Shown here: one piece after another, positions 57,373 through 64,000 of the stretch | How positions within the stretch are numbered: position 1 is the first letter of the stretch | Layout of the letters: each line of letters starts with the position of its first letter | NCBI GenBank assembly: GCA_015057625.1 | Contig: SVDZ01000011.1 | Span: 30,644-94,643, forward strand | From: Lachnospiraceae bacterium | GTDB lineage: Bacteria > Bacillota > Clostridia > Lachnospirales > Lachnospiraceae | Direction of reading: 5' to 3' | Length of the DNA stretch: 64,000 bases | Program-made: the position numbers and the translations under genes | The notes under the pieces: generated by a model | What the model saw: the letters and a program-made list of their open reading frames with translations, nothing else | The model's database searches: none | Told to the model about the DNA's origin: nothing

Positions 57373-58800
57373 TCAGATGCTGTCAAGGATAGACTGTGTA
57401 AGGGTAAATGAATCTCCATACATTGTCCATGTCAGCGGAAGTTTCATTTCATAGTTTCCTTCATTTATAAATTTAAGCTGCGCATTCAATCTGGATAAAT
57501 CTTCATGGGCTTCTTCAAGCAACATTATTTTCTTTCTTGCCTCAATAAATGCCTTAAGATAGTCCGCTTCATTTCCACCCTTTGCCGGTGTCAAGGCCGC
57601 TCTTTGTGCTGCTTTTCTGATACCACCAAAGCTCTCACTGTCATTTCCCGGTCCGTGCATTACCATAGCATCATAGTAAATGAACTGTCCCAAAATGCTC
57701 AGTCCGTCCGTCTGCGCATCCGCCACTGCCGGGTGGAGATACCATTCTCTAACTATCTTGTTCTGAGCATCTATCATCTCCTGATCCTTTGCCGCATTTC
57801 TCCATGCTCGCATATAATTGCTTCCAAGACCGGCTACTGAATCTGTACCGTTTACCGCGCGAAGCGCCGGCAAATATTGTTCAAGTGGATTGTTCTGAGG
57901 CTTTAGGGCTATATACTGTTCCACAACTTCAAGCATATCTCCTGTTCCTGAAGTAAATCCGATAATGCCTCCTGTGTATCCTCTTCCGTCGCCTATATTT
58001 TCAATATAAGAATACTGTTCTTTAAAATTGAGACTTGAATTTTCAGCGCTTGAAACAATAGCAAATGCAATCTTCATCAAATCACCGTTTTCTATTGTTT
58101 TGTTTTCCGGCTGAGTTGTCTCAGGCACTGTTGTTTCCGGTATTGTAGTTGCCGGCACCGTTGTTTCCGGCGTTGTTGTTGCAGGCACCGTTGTTTCCGG
58201 TATTGTTTCAGGTTCATAATCTAAACAACTGTAATTGCTGTTAACTATTTTCAAAATTGTATTAAACAGATATTCATGTCCCGCCTGACTCTTCATCTGA
58301 CTCTTTTTATATAATCTATCCGCAAGATTATATACTGTAAAGGAATCCACTGCACCGTAATAATATGTTCCGTTGCGCAGTTTCGCGTACGGGCGAACTA
58401 TGTATTCCTGTGTAAATGCAGCAATATTGTAAGCACCATAATCAATAGTCATCGCATAATTACCGGTTCCATTATCAGAGGATAACAAACCTTCTGATGT
58501 TGCAGCAAACGCTCTGATGTTTTCACCCTGATGATTAATGTCTAACTTGCTCTCATCTACCACATCCGCCAGACCGTAAACCAATCCTCTTTCCGTAACT
58601 CTGCTACCATTGATTCTTTCCGCTACAGAATATAATGTTCTTATGCCGCCATATACAGTACTGATCTGAAAGCCTGTAATATTAAGTTCTCCCGATGTTT
58701 CAACTCCCCATGACTGTGTCCTCCAAATAGCAGAACCTGCAAGTACCGTCCCCGCACATACAGATACTGCACAAATGAGTGACAATAACCTTTTCTTCAT
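57373..58800 (-). CDS. Secreted GH46 chitosanase with an N-terminal shared domain and a Thr/Pro-rich linker
   Basis: AIVSSAENSSLNFKEQYSYIENIGDGRGYTGGIIGFTSGTGDMLEVV and YYDAMVMHGPGNDSESFGGIRK closely match the Streptomyces N174-type chitosanase core. Linker PETTVPATTTPETTVPATTIPETTVPETT. Start placed at MKKRLLSL. Confidence 0.85.
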   Translation of the reverse strand: MKKRLLSLICAVSVCAGTVLAGSAIWRTQSWGVETSGELNITGFQISTVYGGIRTLYSVAERINGSRVTERGLVYGLADVVDESKLDINHQGENIRAFAATSEGLLSSDNGTGNYAMTIDYGAYNIAAFTQEYIVRPYAKLRNGTYYYGAVDSFTVYNLADRLYKKSQMKSQAGHEYLFNTILKIVNSNYSCLDYEPETIPETTVPATTTPETTVPATTIPETTVPETTQPENKTIENGDLMKIAFAIVSSAENSSLNFKEQYSYIENIGDGRGYTGGIIGFTSGTGDMLEVVEQYIALKPQNNPLEQYLPALRAVNGTDSVAGLGSNYMRAWRNAAKDQEMIDAQNKIVREWYLHPAVADAQTDGLSILGQFIYYDAMVMHGPGNDSESFGGIRKAAQRAALTPAKGGNEADYLKAFIEARKKIMLLEEAHEDLSRLNAQLKFINEGNYEMKLPLTWTMYGDSFTLTQSILDSI

Positions 58801-58953
58801 AATTGCTCCCTTCTCTCTCCGAACCTTTCTGCCGAACTTACAATTTCCGAAAGTCCGACACACGACACTTATATTATACTCTTGGGAAAAATATTTTCAA
58901 AGATGAAAATCCAACGGTATTTTGAGAATGGAGGGTGGGGCGGGAATTCCAAG

Positions 58954-59076
58954 AATTTCACCTTCGTTGCTGGGAGAATTCTGGAAATCATGACAATTTC
59001 ACCTTTGTTGCTGGGAGAATGTTGGAAATCATGGCAATTTCAACTTTGTTGCTTGGAGAATGCAACATGAAATGCA
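58954..59076 (+). repeat. Tandem repeat, 41-nt unit x 3
   Basis: AATTTCACCTTCGTTGCTGGGAGAATTCTGGAAATCATGAC, then AATTTCACCTTTGTTGCTGGGAGAATGTTGGAAATCATGGC, then AATTTCAACTTTGTTGCTTGGAGAATGCAACATGAAATGC. Confidence 0.8.
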
Positions 59077-59398
59077 TTTTTTCAATTTATGTTGTACGCA
59101 AAATTCAATTATGTAAACCAAAGCGACTTGAACGATTTCTTCCAATGCAACATATATGCCTTTTTTTAGATTTATGTTGTACACTTCAGGAAGATTTGTT
59201 AACATAATATTTTTCACTTTCTAAATTTGTACAACATAAAACAAGATTTGTTAATCTATGTTGCATGTAGAAAGTAAAATTGTTAACATAACTTGGAGCA
59301 CTGTCAAAAAACGTACAACATAAAAAGCAATTTCCCGATATATGTTGTATTTTAGAAATCAAATCCCTAAAATCATGAAAATTCCCGTGCGCGCCATG

Positions 59399-59456
59399 AG
59401 ATAACTTACTTAGTAAGTCATCGACTGCGACAGCGATTATTTATAATCGCGATAGC
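59399..59456 (+). repeat. Double-hairpin extragenic element, copy B (partly degenerate)
   Basis: AGATAACTTACTTAGTAAGTCATC...GCGACAGCGATTATTTATAATCGCGATAGC. Lies downstream of metF. Confidence 0.55.
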
Positions 59457-59531
59457 ACAGATTTTCGCTTGGCTCGTCGTGGATAATCGAGTAGGCATAT
59501 ATCAAATACGAGAGAACTCTTCCTTACAACT

Positions 59532-60395
59532 CTACACTCTCAAATTTCTGATGCCATCACAAATTCTTCTTGCAACTACAGGGTTGTTCATTGTGTAGAG
59601 GTGGATTCCGTCTATGTCATTTGCAAGTAAATCTATTATCTGACTTGTGGCATAAGACATTCCCGCATCAAAGAGTGCCACCTTATTATTTTCAAACTTG
59701 CTGATTATCTTTTGAAACTTAACCGGCAATGACGCTCCGCACATTGTTATCATTCTTTTTATCTGCGCAGCATTTATCACCGGCATAATTCCGGGTATTA
59801 CAGGTACATTTATATCTGCAATTCTGCAGTCATCCACGAAGCGGTAAAACTCGTTGTTGTCGAAAAACAACTGGGATAACAACACTTCCGCTCCGGCCTC
59901 AACTTTCGCTTTAAGGTTGTGCATTTCACTGACGCGATTGTCTGACTCCGGATGACATTCAGGGTAGCATGCCCCGGCAAAGCAGAAGTCCCCTTTATTT
60001 TTCATATATGAAATCAAATCAGAAGCATGGTGAAAATCATTCTTCTCCGGGAGATTTGGATTTCTGTCTCCTCTAAGTGCAAGAATATTATTGATTCCTT
60101 CATCCGCCAGCACTCTGGAGAATTCATCAATTTCTGACTTATCATAGCTAAGGCATGTAAGATGCACTACCGGCTCAATATCATATTCATTTTTGATTTT
60201 CTTGGCAAGTTCAATGGTACGGTTTCTGTTTGAACCGCCACCTGCGCCAAAAGTCACACTAATGAAATCCGGTTTGAGTTCACTCAATACTGATAATGTC
60301 TCATCTATATTTTTCAACTCTTCATCCTTCTTTGGAGGAAAGATTTCAAATGACAAACTTCTTTCTTTTTTCTTATGAATATCTGATAGTAACAT
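59532..60395 (-). CDS. metF: Methylenetetrahydrofolate reductase
   Basis: SFEIFPPK, ISVTFGAGG, ILALRGD. Confidence 0.9.
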   Translation of the reverse strand: MLLSDIHKKKERSLSFEIFPPKKDEELKNIDETLSVLSELKPDFISVTFGAGGGSNRNRTIELAKKIKNEYDIEPVVHLTCLSYDKSEIDEFSRVLADEGINNILALRGDRNPNLPEKNDFHHASDLISYMKNKGDFCFAGACYPECHPESDNRVSEMHNLKAKVEAGAEVLLSQLFFDNNEFYRFVDDCRIADINVPVIPGIMPVINAAQIKRMITMCGASLPVKFQKIISKFENNKVALFDAGMSYATSQIIDLLANDIDGIHLYTMNNPVVARRICDGIRNLRV

Positions 60396-60446
60396 ATTAC
60401 ATTCTCCTACATTTTATTTATTCTTTTTCGGTTATATCTTTTTATT

Positions 60447-60521
60447 TTCAAGCAATATTTTTTACTTTTCTTTCAAGCAATACTTTTTACTTTTCCTTCA
60501 AGTAATACTTTTCACTTATTA
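60447..60521 (+). repeat. Tandem repeat, 25-nt unit x 3, in the metE-metF spacer
   Basis: TTCAAGCAATATTTTTTACTTTTCT, then TTCAAGCAATACTTTTTACTTTTCC, then TTCAAGTAATACTTTTCACTTATTA. The last unit overlaps the metE stop codon. Confidence 0.75.
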
Positions 60522-62789
60522 ATACTGCTCTCTTAAAATATTCGCTGCTGCCACAAGATTTTTTAGACTTTCTTTTGTCTCAGTTATTCCTCTTGTCTTC
60601 AGTCCGCAATCCGGATTAATCCAAAGTTTATTCTTATCAATTTTCCCAAGCATCTTCTCAAGGGCTTTCACAATCTCATCCACAGACGGAACTCTTGGCG
60701 AATGAATATCATAAACTCCCGGTCCAACCTCTGTCTCAAAATTGTTCTCTTTGATAGCCTCAAGGATGGTAAGTTTTGAGCGGGAAGCCTCAAATGAAAT
60801 TACATCTGCATCCATATTGTCGATGTCTTTAATAATCTCATCAAACTCGCTGTAACACATATGAGTGTGAATCTGTGTCTCAGACTTAACATTGCTGTGG
60901 CACAATCTGAATGCCGGAATTGCCCAGTCAAGATACTCCTTATACCAATCGCTCTTTCTGATTGGAAGTTTCTCTTTTAGCGCAGCCTCATCAATCTGAA
61001 TAATTTTAATTCCTGCATTTTCAAGATCATTAACTTCTTCGCGAATCGCGATTCCAATCTGAAAAGCCATTTCCTTCAATGAAATGTCTTCCCTTGGGAA
61101 AGACCAGTTAAGAATTGTCACGGGTCCTGTGAGCATTCCTTTTACAGGCTTGTCTGTAAGGCTCTGAGCATATTTTAAATACTCTGTTGTAATTGGCTTT
61201 GTTCTCTTCACATCGCCGAAAATTATTGGTGGCTTAACACAACGAGTTCCGTAAGACTGTACCCACGCTTTCTCTGTGAATACATATCCTTCAAGATTCT
61301 CTCCGAAAAACTCAACCATATCATTTCTCTCATACTCGCCGTGAACCAAAACGTCGATTCCCATGTTTTCCTGCTCTCTGATGCAGTCGCTAATAAACTC
61401 ATTGACTTTCGCATCATATGTAGCCTTGTCAATTTCTCCCTTCTTGAACTGAGTTCTGTTTTTCTTCACCTCAATAGTCTGAGGAAAAGAACCAATTGTG
61501 GTGGTTGGGAAGAGCGGAAGCTTAAGTTTTGATTTTTGAATTATCGCTCTCTCACTTCTAACCGGAAGTCTCACAAAGTCATTTTCTTTAAGTTCATTCA
61601 CTTGTTTTTTCACATCTTCACTCTGATACAAACGTTCCTTTTCAAATAGTTCTTTGTTTTCCAGATACTCTTTTTCTACTCTGAAATCATCAGTTTCAGT
61701 TAAAATGCTTATCTCGTTAAGTTCCTGTAATTTTTCAAGAGCGAATGCAAAGAACTGTGAAATCTCCGGTTTCAGTGAAGATTCATTTTCAAGCGTATAC
61801 GGTACGTGAAGTAATGAGCACGTTGTTGAAAGTACCATTTCATCTGTATGTCTTTTCAGCACTTCAAGTGAACTCAAAATCTTTTCGTAGTTTGACTTCC
61901 AGATATTCTTACCGTTTACTAGTCCGGCAAATAATACTTTATCTTTTGGGAAACCATATTTTTCTACAAGTGAGAAACTTTCTTTTCCTTCCACAAAATC
62001 CAATCCGATTCCATCGAAATCAAGTTCAACTATTTCCTTGTAACAATCTCTGATATCTCCGAAATATGTCTGGAGTAAAATTTTTGTGCCGCCCTTTGCA
62101 GGAAGTATTTTTTCATACAATCCTGCAAACAGTTTCAAGTCATCATCAATTAAATCAGTAACCAGTGATGGTTCGTCAAACTGAATCCACTCTGCCCCGA
62201 GTCCTTCAATTTTTCTAATCATAGCAATGTATGCATCTGCTAACTCGTCTGCAAAATCTGCCGCCAATTTTCTTCCCTGATATTTTGCCAGTTTAAGAAA
62301 TGTAAACGGCCCCACAATAACAGGTTTCGTCTGAATCCCCAACTGACTAGCCTCATGATATTCTTGGAAAGGCTTCTCTCCCACAAGTTTTATTTCTGTA
62401 TCATCATCTATCTCCGGCACAAGATAATGATAATTTGTATTAAACCATTTTTTCATTGCAAGAGCTTTCACATCCCCTGCTTTTCCCTGATAACCTCTTG
62501 CCATTGCAAAATATGTATCAATATCATCTAACTGCAAATCCTTGTACTTTTTTGGAATCACATTGAAAAGAACTGCTGCATCCAAAACACCGTCATAAAA
62601 AGAAAAATCATTAGAAGGTATCATACCAACTCCCGCATTTTTCTGAAATTTCCAATGCTCCGCGCGAAGTTCCTTTGCCACCTGCAAAAGTTCTTCTTTA
62701 TTAACTTCCCCTCTAAAATATTTTTCTGATATAAATTTCAATTCTCTGAGTTTTCCAACTCTCGGGAAACCAACTATCGTATTATTCAT
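60519..62789 (-). CDS. metE: Cobalamin-independent methionine synthase
   Basis: Start at MNNTIVGFPRVGKLRELK with RBS GGAGGAAGG. Two-domain, roughly 755-aa MetE with HMCYSEF and NPDCGLKTR zinc-site motifs. Confidence 0.9.
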   Translation of the reverse strand: MNNTIVGFPRVGKLRELKFISEKYFRGEVNKEELLQVAKELRAEHWKFQKNAGVGMIPSNDFSFYDGVLDAAVLFNVIPKKYKDLQLDDIDTYFAMARGYQGKAGDVKALAMKKWFNTNYHYLVPEIDDDTEIKLVGEKPFQEYHEASQLGIQTKPVIVGPFTFLKLAKYQGRKLAADFADELADAYIAMIRKIEGLGAEWIQFDEPSLVTDLIDDDLKLFAGLYEKILPAKGGTKILLQTYFGDIRDCYKEIVELDFDGIGLDFVEGKESFSLVEKYGFPKDKVLFAGLVNGKNIWKSNYEKILSSLEVLKRHTDEMVLSTTCSLLHVPYTLENESSLKPEISQFFAFALEKLQELNEISILTETDDFRVEKEYLENKELFEKERLYQSEDVKKQVNELKENDFVRLPVRSERAIIQKSKLKLPLFPTTTIGSFPQTIEVKKNRTQFKKGEIDKATYDAKVNEFISDCIREQENMGIDVLVHGEYERNDMVEFFGENLEGYVFTEKAWVQSYGTRCVKPPIIFGDVKRTKPITTEYLKYAQSLTDKPVKGMLTGPVTILNWSFPREDISLKEMAFQIGIAIREEVNDLENAGIKIIQIDEAALKEKLPIRKSDWYKEYLDWAIPAFRLCHSNVKSETQIHTHMCYSEFDEIIKDIDNMDADVISFEASRSKLTILEAIKENNFETEVGPGVYDIHSPRVPSVDEIVKALEKMLGKIDKNKLWINPDCGLKTRGITETKESLKNLVAAANILREQY

Positions 62790-62906
62790 AACCTTCCTCC
62801 ATTCAAGACTCACTTCATTTTTCATTCGGAATTCCTAGTTCTTTAGTATGTTTATACTAGAACAAAGTATAAAGTACCGATGTCTCTTTGAAAAATACAA
62901 AAAAAC

Positions 62907-62943
62907 AGCGGTTTGATATAGTTTTAAACTATATCAAACCGCT
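62907..62943. promoter_or_regulatory. Perfect 37-bp palindrome containing a Met-box-like core TATAGTTTTAAACTATA; also a terminator hairpin for the LysR gene
   Basis: AGCGGTTTGATATAGTTT-T-AAACTATATCAAACCGCT, followed by a T-run on the minus strand. It lies between the LysR gene and metE. Confidence 0.6.
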
Positions 62944-62957
62944 ACTTTTCATTTTTT

Positions 62958-63860
62958 CTATATGCCTATATGTTTTTTCAAAGCTTCCATATAAACGCTT
63001 CCGTATCTGCTGAGTGTGGCGTTCTTCTGAGTAACAACACCAATTCGCATATACTCATCTACTTTGAGAGGCTTTGCGATAATATTCTCGCCATTTAACT
63101 CTTTACTGATAACACCGGAACTTACGGTGTAGCCGTTCAGTCCGATTAAAAGATTAAACAATGTAGCTCTGTCTCTTACCTTGATATTCTTTTTTCGATC
63201 GAGGGTGCTAAGTATCTCTTCCGAATAATAAAAGGAATTGTAATCTCCCTGCTCAAATGACAGATAAGGATAATCTTCCAAATCCTCTAAGGTCAAAGTT
63301 TTTTTCCCCGCAAGAGGATGGTTGGAATTGATGAATACATGTGGTTTTGCTACGAACAACTCTTCAAAGACAAGTTCACTCTGCTTAAGAATTTTCATTA
63401 TAACTTCTTCATTTTTTGAAGATGTATAAAGAATACCAATCTCACTTTTCATATGACTGACATCTTCTATAATTTCATAAGTCTGAGTTTCTCTAAGTAT
63501 AAAATCATATTTGTCTGAGTCAAATGTTCTTATCACATCAACAAAAGCATTTACAGCAAATGAATAATGCTGACATGATACTGAAAACTTTGGTCTTCCT
63601 TCTTTCTTATTTAAGAATTTTTCCTCCAGCAAATCTGCCTGTTCTAAAACTTGTCTCGCATAGGACAAAAACAAATCGCCTTCATTGGAAATGGTTACAC
63701 CTTTGTTTGTTCTGTTAAAAATCGTAATCTGCATTTCCTTTTCCAACTCGCGAATGGAATTGGTAAGGCTGGGCTGTGAAATAAACAAACGCCTTGCAGC
63801 CTCTGTGATATTTCCTGTTTCTGCCACAGTGACAATGTATTTTAATTGTTGTAAAGTCAT
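62958..63860 (-). CDS. LysR-family transcriptional regulator (MetR/MtaR-like by context)
   Basis: N-terminal MTLQQLKYIVTVAETGNITEAARRLFISQPSLTNSIRELE HTH. Adjacent to metE-metF. Confidence 0.85.
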   Translation of the reverse strand: MTLQQLKYIVTVAETGNITEAARRLFISQPSLTNSIRELEKEMQITIFNRTNKGVTISNEGDLFLSYARQVLEQADLLEEKFLNKKEGRPKFSVSCQHYSFAVNAFVDVIRTFDSDKYDFILRETQTYEIIEDVSHMKSEIGILYTSSKNEEVIMKILKQSELVFEELFVAKPHVFINSNHPLAGKKTLTLEDLEDYPYLSFEQGDYNSFYYSEEILSTLDRKKNIKVRDRATLFNLLIGLNGYTVSSGVISKELNGENIIAKPLKVDEYMRIGVVTQKNATLSRYGSVYMEALKKHIGI

Positions 63861-63877
63861 CTTTCCCTCCGGACTTT

Positions 63878-64000
63878 TTATTTATCAAGTTTTTTTACCC
63901 CTGTTACAAACCAGTCCTCATCTTTGATATCATATTTTGTTGAACAATACGGACAACAATCATTTTTAGTCGCATCAAAACTTGCCGCACAATTTTTACA
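63878..64000 (-). CDS. Partial CDS (C-terminal 40 aa) of a zinc-ribbon-containing protein
   Basis: Reverse strand reads CKNCAASFDATKNDCCPYCSTKYDIKDEDWFVTGVKKLDK-stop. Runs off the window. Confidence 0.4.
   Translation of the reverse strand, partial: CKNCAASFDATKNDCCPYCSTKYDIKDEDWFVTGVKKLDK

Noticed and set aside
62790-62906. SAM riboswitch, cobalamin riboswitch or T-box upstream of metE
   Set aside because: Only about 100 nt separate the upstream palindrome/terminator from the metE RBS. That is too short for these elements, and their conserved cores are absent.

Overview
Low-GC, Firmicutes/Clostridia-like chromosomal segment; a Lachnospiraceae-like origin is only an inference from gene content. 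Almost all genes are on the minus strand.

Layout, left to right:
- 0.4-5.4 kb: an ABC-2 transporter (two ATPases, two permeases) next to a LytTR response regulator and a transmembrane-less GHKL kinase.
- 5.6-16 kb: small accessory enzymes (GNAT, methyltransferase, NUDIX, HAD), decayed gene fragments, and an AbiEi/AbiEii type IV toxin-antitoxin pair.
- 16.5-30.3 kb: a co-directional formate dehydrogenase / molybdenum cofactor / molybdate uptake cluster (fdhB-like, fdhA, moeA, mobAB, moaC, modABC, moaA, MOSC-moaB, fdhD).
- 30.5-38.5 kb: more accessory enzymes, pnuC plus a nadR-like gene, and pyk.
- 38.7-45 kb: tRNA-Gly(GCC) followed by an island of orphan genes. It holds a GIY-YIG/DUF2075-type helicase plus MazG-like operon, small orphan ORFs, and several repeat families.
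- 45.2-58.8 kb: a secreted-protein locus with an S8 protease, a discoidin-repeat protein, a fibro-slime/PA14-like protein, a GH5 and a GH46 chitosanase, plus membrane-tethered XRE regulators.
- 59.5-63.9 kb: metF, metE and a LysR regulator with a Met-box-like palindrome.

Most notable non-standard signals:
1. A 57-nt motif with conserved flanks and compensatory stem changes, present three times. Two copies face outward and bracket the helicase/MazG operon; the third sits beside AbiE.
2. The helicase/MazG operon itself, as a candidate uncharacterised defence module.
3. A stand-alone 32-codon hydrophobic ORF with a consensus promoter, strong RBS and its own terminator.
4. An 8 x 63-bp tandem repeat and other repeat arrays.
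5. A possible fungal-cell-wall-degrading gene set.

No CRISPR array, rRNA, transposase or integrase was seen. All family assignments come from motif recognition by eye, not from database searches.
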